From: Atractiella rhizophila
Lineage: Eukaryota
Length of the DNA stretch: 45,359 nt
Reading direction: 5' to 3'
NCBI GenBank assembly: GCA_021432655.1
Contig: MU271552.1
Coordinates: 1-45,359, forward strand
The position numbers and the translations under genes were made by a program. Positions 33,934 through 45,359 of the stretch are shown here, one piece after another; position 1 is the stretch's first letter; the number at the start of each line of letters is the position of its first letter. The notes beneath the pieces are model-generated. The model saw nothing but the letters and a program-made list of their open reading frames with translations. It had not been told where the DNA came from and did not search any database.

Positions 33934-36900
33934 ATGGCATCCACCTCTGCTTCCCACAAAAAGCTCGCACGACCCTCCCGCTCCTTCACCAACCTCTCCA
34001 TTATTCCACCTTCTATCCCGCTCACCTCTCTAAACTCCGGCCCACGCTCACCCTCCGCATCCTCAGTCACCACCACATTCACCACCTCCCGCTATGGTGG
34101 ACACGGCCCGCCGCGGAGGAGGAAGGAGAGCGCGTTAGTGTTGAAGGATAGGAAGGGACTTAGGCCGGAGGATGTGGATTTGTTGGAGGTTGAGGATGCG
34201 GATGAGCTGTTTGTGGTGTTTGGGGTTAAGGATGTGAGGACTTTGGAGAAGAGAGCTAGGTAAGTCGCTTCTTGTCTGTTGAGGGTGGATTCCTGGAGCG
34301 CGTCTGGTGTTTGGAGATCGGGATGGTTCCTTCAGTTGGATGAGGAGCTTTGTTTAAACCAACAGTAATTGCTGCGCTTCACAGCTGAGGATGGAGTCTG
34401 GAATCTGGCATTGAGCTTCTTGCAGGATTACAAACTCCTGTGCGCTTTGACTCAATGTCATCTTGCAGACTCCGAAGCTGCAGACTCTGATATCAACATG
34501 GCTTGTACAATAGATGCGCTTTATGCACAATTTATTTGCGTCCTCCCAGGCTGCAAAACAATTGAAGTGCAGCCTCCAAGACCAATCTTGCTTATTCCAA
34601 AGCAAGAAAGGACGATTACAGCTTGCTCAACTGAATTGAACACAAGCTTGCTTTCGCCCGCCGCAATGTTTTCATGACTGTCAGATGGTGGTTTCTGGAG
34701 AGAGGGTAAGAAACAGAGCTGACTTGTACAATGTTAGGATATCGGCGGATTCAAAACGGGACGAGCTCAAAACGATGGTTGGGTGAGTTGCTCACCATAA
34801 TCCTTGAATACTCACCGACCCAACCAACCGGAACGCCAGGGAACGATATCGAGACCTTCTTTCTGCCGCCTCCTCCATCCTCCGCATGCGCTCCTCCTCC
34901 AACTCCTTCATCACGCACATCTCCTCTGCAAAATCTCTCTGCTCCCTTCCGTCCCCCCACGCCTCCTCCCTCACCGCTGTACCCGAAGTCGCAGTCGATC
35001 GAGAGCGGTATACGCTGTCTACGCTCGTTTCACTTCTCCTTTCCGTTCCAGAGTCGGTCTACCGATCCCTGGAGGCGAATGCTTACCTTGATGCTGCCTT
35101 GCTGGAAGGGTTGGGGAAGGTAGTTTATAATGAGTTTGTGAGCTGGGACGAGGACGAGGATGAAGATGATGAGGACGAAGAAGAGGAAAAGGGGATCTTG
35201 AAGATGTTTCCGCTGGTGGAGAAGCAGTGGGAACGTCTCAAGGGCTTAGGCGACATTGTTGGACGCAGAGCGCGCTCCAGGCTGAGCAGCTGGAAAGATG
35301 GAACAACTGTGGGTTTCTAATTCAGACCTTTATTATCGCTCCCATATATTCCCCTTTATCAATGCATAAGCTCGGAGTGCTTAGTGAAGTCCGATGGGAA
35401 CAGGCAACAGCGGAGACCCTCGTAGCTCTCGTGCTGCTGGATTCGAACAGCATACCGGAATCCCTCGACCTCCTACTCTCTATACGTTCGAAAGCTCTAC
35501 AAACCAATCTCGCCAAGGCGATTTTCATGCCGGATTTCTCGACGGACGAGGCAGCCATTCAAGAGGCGCTTGAACTCATACTCGTGACCAGTGCGCAGGC
35601 GACTCAACTCTTTATCAAAGACGGAGGGGACCTGCTACGACTCCTTGAGCGAATACAGAAGCCTTCCGATTCACCAACGGTCACGGGAGACTCGACAGTA
35701 GATAGTGTGGACGGAAATCCTAACTCTATCGTCTCGCTCCTCCATTCCCTCCCCTCCTCCCACCTTCTCCTCCGCTATCTGCCTCCTCATATCCTTTCTT
35801 TTACCCCCTTCATCGACACCCGGTCTGAACGCAACAACTACCCCTCCCCTGCTGGCGCGCTCCCTGTGCTGGAAAGATGGATGGAGAAATCTCAGCGAGA
35901 GTTTGGGAACGGTTTCAAGGAGATGATTGCACATATAAGGACCGGCAAGCAACTCTTTGTCCTCAAGCAACGCGTGGAGGCTTTCCTTCTGTCTGCCTCA
36001 TCGCAAGGAACGGAAACGTCGAGCCTTCTCCTGACGGTGCAACGGAGCCTGAAAGAGCGCCTGGCGGAGATCTACAGCAGCAAACTGGCCGAAATGGTCG
36101 AAGCGTGGAAGGTGGCGGTGGGACAGGCATGTGAGGATCCTGCTGTTTCGGGCACGGCTTTCCTCTTCGATCCCAAAAACCTCAATTGGCCGCCTGCGGC
36201 CATGCCCACCGCCTTATTTGGGCGAGAAAAGGGAGGAGACCCCTTTGAACTGTTCCGTTCGCAGGTGCGAAGGAAGATCGATGGGCGGTTTAGAGGCGTT
36301 GAGGGATGTGTGCGTGGGGCAGAGGAGGCGGCAATGGAACTGAAGGAGGACTTGAGGGGCTGGTTAGACGATGAGGGAAGGTAAGTTTTGGCTTTTAGAG
36401 AGAACAATTCTCTGACGAGCGGACAGAGATAGGGAACGATACCTCGAGGTAGCAAAGAAGAGCTTATCTGAGATGTGCGAGGCTCTGCAGTCGCAAGAAG
36501 TTGGATCCGGAGACAGTTCGGATGGATCAACAACTAGTTAGTGTCTACCTTTGACGTGGGAGGATTGGCCTGATTGAACTCTTACAGGTCTTAGCAAGCT
36601 CGTCCTCATTGGACATATCGCTTTGGCCTTGCGAGCTAGCGATCGATTTGCTCTTCACTTACTAGGCTTATTTTCGATTGATGGCAAAGCTACAGGTCCG
36701 TACTTTGATTTGCACGCGACTCTTCTAACTTCATTGCAGAGATCATTAACAACTTCCGCACATCTCTCTTCGACCTCCAATCATCCACCATCAAAGAATG
36801 GATCGTACATGCAGTCGACGAGGCGACTTCTGCCATGGAACAATTTTCCCATTCAGTTCACCCATCTGAACCCTTTATGCACAACAGTGGGACAATTTCT

Positions 36901-37464
36901 CAACCCAGCACCGTCTTGTTGGGCTCTCTGCATTCCCTGATGAAATCTGTTGAGACTCTTGGCCCACAACGCCTGAATGCCGATCGACAGATACTCCCCA
37001 ACATCATGCGACTCTATCGTTCAAAAGTGCTAAAAATTTGCGAATCTCTCGTTGAGGTGGTAGCAACCATCGAAGACGAGGGTTCACGGACGTCCATTGC
37101 ATCTCAAACACTGTGGGATCTCGAGTTCTGTGCTCTGCTGTGGGAGGAAGAGAAGCAAGAGAAAGCAGAACGACTTGTATTCTCCGGTGTTCAGGAGCAA
37201 TTGCGAGTGCTGGTCTGTTCATTCCCTTTCTAAATGCAAGGTTTCGGGCTAAAAAGGTGCCAACAGGTGAACAAAGAGCATCTGCAAGACCCGTCGACGT
37301 ACTTCCGAAGAACACAGACGCTCTTTTTCTCACTCCTACCATCGCAAGCTAAGTGGATGCCGTATGGGGTGGCGGCTGTTGAGAGAGACGGCAATGTTAG
37401 AGGGACGGGAGTAGAGGTGGTTAGCAATGTTGGTGCTCGATTAGGACTGTTGCCAGTTCGGTAA
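33934..37464 (+). CDS. COG1: Conserved oligomeric Golgi complex subunit 1 (Vps51/Vps67-type N-terminal domain)
   Basis: DADELFVVFGVKDVRTLEKRAR|ISADSKRDELKTMVG|ERYRDLLSAASSILRM; later LLLSVPESVYRSLEANAYLDAA; C-terminal RTQTLFFSLL and RLGLLPVR*. First intron 34260-34737 (478 nt). Confidence 0.85.
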
Positions 37465-38012
37465 TTGCTTGTGGGATGTTAATTTCGATTTTCTGTTGTT
37501 GGAGATCTTACTCTCAGCGTTGGAATGTTCAGTTCAGGTTCTTTCTTTCATTTCCTCACCACCGCTTGAATCCTCTAAGGAATTGTCTCCAGAGAATCAG
37601 ACATGGCAAGCAGCATAGAGTTGATCCGGTCGATTTGTCGGCAGTGCCCTCGATGAAGATAATGAAGATGAAAATTGCATCGAACATCCCCTTGCTGCTC
37701 AGATGAAAAATCGGTCGTCGCTCCACACGAGCGAAATGAATGCAAAAGCTCTGAAAAAATAAAAACAACAAATCCCATTTGTATCAGAAAGAAAAGATGC
37801 CTAGTGCTGGGAGAGAATGATGAGGCTGATTGGAGTCCAGGTATGAGAATAAAAATAGGACAGGTTCATTCCATCGAATCTACTATCTACCTAAACATGA
37901 AAAGAGAGTCAAATCAAATGGTTCTAAATAGCTCCGCTCCTGCGGAGACGGAAAGAGAAGCTGAAATGGAAGAAGACGAACCACAGCATAACCGTCCCCA
38001 TCAAGTGACCAT

Positions 38013-39118
38013 TTACATGAAGAAGAGACCAGCAGCGACGAGCGCAACAGACATGATGTAGTTCTTAGACTCAATCATCATCTTGCCAACGGATCCAGGG
38101 AGGTTGTCACCGACAGCAGCGGACTGGATGGCGTTGACGAATCCGGAACCACAGACACCGGAGAGACCGTCCCAGAGATCGGATTGTCCTGCGAAGAGGG
38201 CAGAGTTGGCGATACCGGTCTTGTGGGGGACGGTGGATTGGAAAGCGAGGAATTGAAGCAGAGTGGTCTTGGTGCATTGGGTGCAAACCATCTTGGAGGG
38301 CATCTTCGGGCTGATGAACATGTACATCATGTTGGTCGAAGAGATGGTCTCAGAGTTGGGAACGTAGGCGGTAACTCCTCCCGAAGTGGTTTGGATGTAG
38401 AGATTCTTGGCATCCAAAGCATCACCAGCATAATTGGCAATGTCAAAGTCCTTCGCCTTGTCACCAGTTCCCTCATCGGTCGAGGTCGAGTTGCCAGTTA
38501 AGGTGGCATTGGAGATGTCACTTCCAGCGGAGGGTTCAATTCCAGCAACGATTTCTTTGATGCACGAAGTCTCGCTTCCGGTATCCATGGCACAAAGGGC
38601 CTGCCTCCAAGGAGTGTAGGCATAGAAAAGGTCGTAGGTAGTTCTAACCGTCTGGATGCCAGTATCGGGGTCCAATTCAGCCTCGCAAGCGGATCCAAAG
38701 TCGTTCAAGAGGTCGACGACGAGTTCAGTCCCGCATGGCGTAGCGGTACAGAGAGAGTTGAGAGCTGCGTTGACCTCCTTGGCCGAAGCGGTCTCTCCAG
38801 CTTGAGGGAGAAAAGCGGAGACAGCAGAGGTGTAGGGCTTCAGGCAGGTCTTGAGGTCGGAGTTGCCGTTAAGCTCGGCGAGGAAAGCCTGGCAGTTCGT
38901 CGAGGCGCTAGAAGGAATCAAAGGGTTGGTGGCTAAAAAACGAAGGAAAATGTCAACATTCTGGTAATCAACACAACAACAGGACTAAAAATCCACAGAG
39001 AGCCACCAGACCCTTTCTGGACTCGAAAGAACACGAAAAACTGACCAGTTGTGGAGTTTTGAGCCACAACCCCAGAAGCCCCCACAACGGCGATAGCGAC
39101 AAGAGCGTTCGTCTTCAT
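38013..39118 (-). CDS. Secreted cysteine-rich, probably GPI-anchored cell-surface protein
   Basis: Signal peptide MKTNALVAIAVVGASGVVA; intron 38933-39045 joins QNSTT|ATNPLIPSS; 10 Cys in a helical region; hydrophobic C-terminus IMSVALVAAGLFFM*. Confidence 0.8.
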
Positions 39119-39975
39119 CTTTCTCAAATAAATGTCTAAGTGAGTTTATAGGCTGAAAATGAGAGGTATGTCAAAGGAATGTTGGGGTTCGAGAGGTAAC
39201 TCTGAGATGGAGACGGGGATTCTCGAGGTGGTCGCTAGAAAAGGGGTCTAAGCGTGGAAAGTCGGGGCATGCGAAGAGCCTTGTGCTTGCCCTGACCCTA
39301 ACTGAACAAGTTTCCTCCCTTCGCGTGATCATGTGATCTTAAGCTTTTCGGGACACAACTGTTCTAAACAACAGAACAGGTTTGGGAAGTTCCCTGAGCT
39401 TGCAATACTGTACTACGTTGCTTACTTCTGTTGAGAAAGAGAAGGCATGGACATGCTATTCCCAGTCGGACCCCCAATCCATCCAGTCGCAGCTCCCTAC
39501 AGATCTAATCCCAGATCCTCTTTCCTTTCCTCCATCTCTCTTACAATTTGTATCGTTGTCGAGGAAAGCGATTAGTATAATTCGTCCGAAGTCAGCGAAT
39601 CAAAGTTAATCAACACCAGTTATGTAGGCGAAGAAGGTCGAGGAACAAAGTTCAATAACACAACGTATATTGCATTCATATTCGAGCTTCGAGAACCAGT
39701 TGACTTCTCCAGGACTTATGTAACTCTTCCAGGGAAGCGTCGGACCACCTTGACGAATTCTCTCCGTTTCATCGTTTATGTGCATGGGCTGGAGAGACAT
39801 GACAGTCTTCGATGAATTCGATGGGCTGGGCTAATCTGTAACTGCCTTCGATCGCTCATTGTCGTCGACTTCTCTCGCCCTCCCTTCTTAATGGCGACCT
39901 CGCTCAGTCGCTCCAGAAGTTCTTCCATCTTCAGTCGGAGGCAGCGTCCAAGTCCTCATCGAGAAAGCAAAAAAA

Positions 39976-42373
39976 ATGAACGACTACCTCTTCATCCCGC
40001 TCCTCTTGCAAGCTTCCTACATCTTCTATCTTTACGTCAAAAATCGAGTGCTGTCACCTATCCGACACATCCCAGGCCCTTTCTTATGGACCATTTCAGA
40101 CTATCCTAGGACTCTCTGCTCCTTGAGAGGCAGAGCGGCGATGACAATCCACTCTTTCAGGGAGGAGTACGGCGGTTAGATTTTCTCTTTCAAACCAAAC
40201 ATTTTTGACCGTTTGTTTCTTTTCGGTAGACGTCGTTCGTATTGGCCCCAATATGGTCATGTTCTTCGATCGTGACGCCATGAAGAAAGTCTACGGTGTG
40301 TCTATCTTTGTCTCACTCGAACATTGAAGTAACAAACCTTGGGTACTGAAGGCCATGGTTCAAAATTCTACAAGACCGTCAGTCGTCGTTCTACCCTCAA
40401 GTAACAACAGCCTGACCCGAATTTATGCGCGGCCATGTCTGTCGGATTGCAGGAGTTCTATTTGGCCTTCAATTTCGACAAGACCGATAACTCCTCCATG
40501 GCTTCGCTCGCCAACGAGACCCATCGGGTTCGACGAGGCGTGCATGCGCGAGCGTGGACGAAGAGTAACTTGATCGCTCAACAACATCTCGTCCAGGTTC
40601 GTTTCTTACTCCTGCCTGCCTGGACTCGCTAGAGAGAACAAGGCTGAGACGCGGGGGGTAGGATAAGGTCAACGCTTTCATTGCAAAGCTTGCGAAGGAA
40701 TCAGCGAACGGAGAACCTGTCGACATCTTTCGTTGGTTCGCATATTTGACCCATGATGGTTCGTCCTCTCCACTTCATAATCATTGCTCACAAACCATGG
40801 GTTGAAGTTATGATCAAAGTCGCAACGGGACAAGAAAGTAAATGCACTGAAGCTGGTGCGGTGGACGACGGTGTGTCAGCTTTCCATTCCTTTATCTCTG
40901 CCGCTAACGCCACGTTCAGTGCTTGAAGCTTCTTTGGTTGGAGGAATGAATGCGTTCCTAGGAGGATTCCCTATCGTCTATTGGATACTGAACCGGTTGC
41001 CCATCCCTTCCATACAATATATCGTCACAGCACTTGATAGGCTACAGCTTGTACGTCCATTATTGGTTATTCTGGATATTGCTAGGTTCAGTATGATTTA
41101 GAAAGGACATGAGATGCTCAAAAAACATCGAGCAAAATCTTTGGAGGATCAGAAGGACGGCATGATTTTACAGCAACTCTTGGAGGATGCGAAGAGATTG
41201 GGTCTCCCAGATGCCGCTATCGTCAATGAGTGGGTTGGTTCTCTCGTTCACGATCTTCTGCCTTACATTGCTCGGCAGAATGTTCTCATTTATGTCAGTT
41301 CCCCTTTCTGGTGACCCGATCACCACTGATGAGGTCTGGAATCAAGTGTTGCTGGAGGCGACACCACCAAGACTGCCCTCACCTTCTTCTGTTACAACGT
41401 GTGGACACGTCCTGAGTTCCTCTCTAAGCTGAAGGTAAGTTAATACGATTACTGGGATATCATCGATCTCACTTCCATCTTTGCACAGGCTGAAATCGAC
41501 ACCGCCATGCCAAATGCTGAGGATACAATCACATGGGAGGTCGCGAACTCCATCCCTCTTCTAGTCGCCGCCTGCCAGGTCTGTCCCATCATCATTGTTG
41601 AACCATGATCTTAATAGTGCGCATCATTAGGAAACGATCCGCCTCTTCTCGCCTGTACCTGGCATTCTTCCTCGTTATGTACCTGATGAAGTTGGTGGAT
41701 TACAGGTTGGCCTTCTTTTCTATGACTAATCCACTCTCCATGGAAGCATAGCTAACTACCATGGGTTACATAGATTGGAAAGATATTTATCCCGCCGCGG
41801 ACGCAAGTGACCACTCAGCCGTTCTCTGTACATCGTGATAAAACGGTCTACGGTGACGACGCAGACGAATGGAAACCGGAACGATGGCTTGTTCGTACCA
41901 TCTTTGCATTCACTTTCTCTCGTTCTGAAACAGAACTGATAACAACGTGGTGTAGGATCCGGCGAAGGCTGAAATCTACCTTCGAAACAACTTGGCATTT
42001 GGTTCCTCTTCCTTACCTTACTTTAAAATCGACGATCTGATTCCTAAACAGGACAGGGACAGCGCCAGTGCATTGGCATGAATCTAGCCCACATCGTCTG
42101 TTCTCTCCCCCTTCTTAACTTTCCCATCTGATCTATGTATGGTCAGGAATTGTACCTGGCTGCGGCAGCTATGATTCGCAACTTTGATGCTGAGCTGGTC
42201 GGGAGCGAATACTACAAACAATTGGCGGGTGATTATGACGATTTCTTCACTGTGGGTCCAAATCTCCCTCCTATGCATCAAGCTATGTTGTTAAGAGCAA
42301 TCGTTTGCGTATTCAGCTTTGGGTCAGGACGCCGGATAGGACCCAAAATTGGAAGTTGACGAGAAGAACCTAA
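39976..42373 (+). CDS. Cytochrome P450 monooxygenase (about 16 introns)
   Basis: N-terminal TM followed by PIRHIPGP; VVRIGPN; I-helix VAGGDTT; K-helix ETIR; PERW; heme motif FGQGQRQCIG after splicing. The last exon (LWVRTPDRTQNWKLTRRT*) is inferred. Confidence 0.92.
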
Positions 42374-42869
42374 ACACCTCATTTGGCTCTTTCTGTTGCC
42401 ACGATTTGTTATGACATGATAAGATTTTGAAGAAGTGTGTACCAGCCATCAACAGTAGGCTATCCTCTTTAAACTGGACCCTGACGACCAGAATAAGTAA
42501 TGCGAGTACGTCTTGATATTCCTCTTCACGATTCATGCGCAGCTAGTTTCTTGAACATCTTTCTGTCTTTCTATCGATTGTTTGGGCTCTCAATGGAAAT
42601 TTAATGGGATATTGTCGTGCAGAGGAATCAAAGAAATCGCTAAGCCTGAAAAGTTAAATCTTAGAATCATTCGCACGGGCCACTTGTGCTTGAACTCATA
42701 TGATGATTCCTTCAAGAGCAAAAACGATTGCAGCTCTCTAGATAAGAGAATAAGATATGTAACGCACTGCTGGTATCCAAGGTATCATCAAATATCATCC
42801 TTCATCACGTCCACTTTCAAGACCAAACAGCAATTTCCATCCTATCCTCCACCGTCCAATCGATCTATC

Positions 42870-45020
42870 CTAATGTTTATAAGGGCACGTAAAGTGTGAA
42901 ACCCCTCCGGACCCGCTACCACCCGATCCTCCACCACAGGAGCAGCCGATGAGGACTGAGTGGTTGAAGATGGATAGTATCATGACAAGGATTCCAGTCG
43001 CTCCTATCGCGAGAAGACCGTTCGACCAAACGGTAAACCCTCTATAACGACGTGTTATATATCTCCGGGGAAGGCCAAAGGGAGAGAGGGCATACCGTAG
43101 CTTTGCAAGATGCTTGAAATGCCTCGCACGAGTCGGAAGCTGACTTCGGTACTTGCTCCACGCCGCTCCATGAGCGCAGTCGATCTCGTTGAGCTAGAAG
43201 AACACGACATCAGCTTCACGGCACGGGATGATGGATTGAGCAGGGGAAGTTACGAACATGATGTCTCTTTTCAAAGTCCTCCAACCACCTATTATCCGCG
43301 TCTTCCGCTTGCAATTGGCGGGTGAAGAGGTGGAGGGTCATGAAGGTGATGAGAATGGATAGTGCGGAAGAAATGATCCGTGCCGCTTTTGAAGTGTCGG
43401 ATGCGAGGGCGATGGAAAAGAGGAAAGCATGCTATTGGACCAGGAGAAGGGCTGTTAACGCCAACCATCTTACGATGATTGATGAAAAGGGGACATACGG
43501 CAGTCAATCCCATCGTGGGAACTTGCCATAACAACTATCCCGTAAAGAGATTAGGCAGATCATTGTTTAAAAGTAGGGGTGGAACGCACGTTATCGAAAC
43601 TAGACCTTCTGTCCGAAACGACCGTATAAATTTGTACCAGATCTTGAAAATCGCGCGGTGGAGCCTACTCCGCAAGAAAGGTGCATCAGGAAACCCGTTC
43701 TTTTTGCAATGATTGCAGAGATGAATAACGCACCTCTCCCGCATCCTGCGCGGTCTCCCTCGCCTCTTCCCTACTCATACGGCTCACGCTATGACGCAAC
43801 CGATTCCTCAGCGCTGAACCCTGCGAACGCGCACCAAATGAACTGGCACGAGGAGAGATCGGCGAGTCGTAATCTCGCCATGGATCGGCGTTCAATATTT
43901 CCTGCTCGTTAGGGTCATACGCTTGCTGGCTGCGGACTGTTTGAGGTTGCGGTTGAGCGTTCGTTTGAATGCGTGTGTGTGAAGAGGTATGAGAGGTGTT
44001 GGAGTCCGAGCGATGGGATCGAGGGATCGGGTAGGATATGGGGACGGCTTCACGCGGTGTGTGGGAGGGATGGGACGACGGATGGCAGTAGTTTTCTCCT
44101 GGTACTTGGAGATACCGCTCTGTGCTCGCAGGGAGAGACTGATGCGCTCCTCTCCCCTCAACCTGCTCGTGCTCGTGCCCATGCTCGTGGGAATGTGCGT
44201 GTTGTTCGTCCATGGTCGGCCGTCGAAGATTGAAGACGAACGGATTATGAATGTGTTCTTCTGTTGGCTCAGCTAATTGGGCATGAATGTGAGGAGGAAG
44301 GTGCGGATCAACAAGTGCCCGCAGACTTTGTCCTCTTCCGTCAGAAGCTGCAGCCTCATGCATATCATAACGAGGTGGCTGAAGAATATCCGGAGCTGAA
44401 AACGACCCGGTCGCAGAGTAGTAGCCAGGTAGGGACGGGGTGCGTGAGTGACTTCCTCCCCCGTGAGCTTCGTAACCGAATGAATGACCATAACCATCCC
44501 AGCCTCCGCGTCCAATCCCTCCTCCTCTCCCTCTAAACACTCGAGCGCGAAACGGCGTTTCTCCTCTCCCTGCCGCTCCCCACCCTGTCGAGACTCCTCT
44601 ATCACCAGCTGCCCAAGTATTTCGATTCGTTCCTGGGTCTGCCAGAGGTGGAGAGGAAACCAAGGGAACCGAGAGGTGACCTCGGTTGGCGGCAGGGGCA
44701 TCGGCTACCTCTATAACTGGTAGATCGTGATCATTCTCGTTGGATGTGAATCGGTCATGTTCGCGTTCTCGTGAAAGGGTCATATTGCCAACCGTGGGCG
44801 AATGCATAGGACTGCTCGTCATCTGCGTAGCTCCGAATGTGCTCTGTCCTCCTTCCAGCGCTCTCTCGGCGCTTTCTCGCGTCGTATTTCTCGTAGGTGC
44901 ATTGGTGGATATCGTGAGACGCGGAAGCTCGAGCCTGTTGCCTCTTGGAGAAGTGGCTGAGCTGGGACTGGTGGGAGACACCACAATAGGTGCAGGTACG
45001 TTAGATGAAACTTGCACCAT
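42870..45020 (-). CDS. 613-aa hypothetical protein: 429-aa disordered N-terminus plus a C-terminal three-TM membrane domain
   Basis: Six exons (45020-43734, 43664-43590, 43534-43499, 43431-43258, 43193-43096, 43041-42870), all GT-AG and in frame. C-terminal part: IYTVVSDRRSSFDNLLWQVPTMGLTAHAFLFSIALASDTSKAARIISSALSILITFMTLHLFTRQLQAEDADNRWLE...GFTVWSNGLLAIGATGILVMILSIF...YKH*. Confidence 0.8.
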
Positions 45021-45242
45021 GCTGCCTCAAATGCACACACTTTGTCCAATATTCTTGAGAAGAGCATAGTGACGCACCTTTTGAGCACTACTTCCAGCTC
45101 CTCCCAAGAAGCCTCTCCTTTCCACCTTTGCGACGCTCAGTCACTAGTCACTGCCTTCTGCAGATCGAATAATTATGGTATGGCAAGTCCCGGTGAACAA
45201 ATACTGACAACCCCGTAGCAGCTCACAATAACAACCTCCACG

Positions 45243-45334
45243 ATGCAGTTCAAGCTCTTCTCCTCTCTTCTCACCATCTTCGCCCTTTTCGCCCTCGTAG
45301 CCGCACAGGCGAAGGGCCCACAGATCACCTCCAA
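45243..45334 (+). CDS. First exon of an ER cyclophilin (peptidyl-prolyl isomerase B type); runs off the window
   Basis: Signal peptide MQFKLFSSLLTIFALFALVAA followed by KGPQITSK, like the KGPxIT(H/N)KVYFD start of fungal cyclophilin B; GTAAGC donor at 45335. Confidence 0.7.
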
Positions 45335-45359
45335 GTAAGCATCTCTTGCGTTGCTGTTT

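Overview
Eukaryotic, gene-dense, intron-rich fungal DNA, most likely a basidiomycete (inferred from typical introns of about 42-80 nt, degenerate GTNNGY donors, micro-exons and a basidiomycete-type hypothetical family). I spliced the genes by hand, so most ORF-track entries are exon fragments or shadow ORFs. Gene order: RNAi RdRP (5'-truncated, +); EME1/MMS4-like (-); two tandem TIM8 copies (+); Rco1/Cph-like double-PHD protein (+); 3-ketoacyl-CoA thiolase (-); F-BAR/RhoGAP (+); two tandem copies of a conserved uncharacterised gene (-); an LRR-like pseudogene (-); RIC1 (-); an NTF2/SnoaL-like gene (-); a possible hidden small gene (-); COG1 (+); a secreted Cys-rich, probably GPI-anchored protein (-); a 16-intron cytochrome P450 (+); a 613-aa disordered-plus-3TM protein (-); and the start of an ER cyclophilin (+). 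Highlights: (1) a hidden 3-TM domain resembling an actinobacterial hypothetical membrane family, fused to a 429-aa RGG/His-rich disordered region; (2) two head-to-tail duplications whose copies look like divergent alleles, one with a microhomology junction; (3) five genes with first introns about 5-20 times the local norm, one holding a clean three-way-junction fold; (4) a relic copy of the COG1 promoter 2.6 kb upstream; (5) the RdRP and EME1 stop codons lie 23 bp apart. I could not support any tRNA, rRNA, CRISPR array or intact transposon. Family assignments come from recalled motifs, not database searches.
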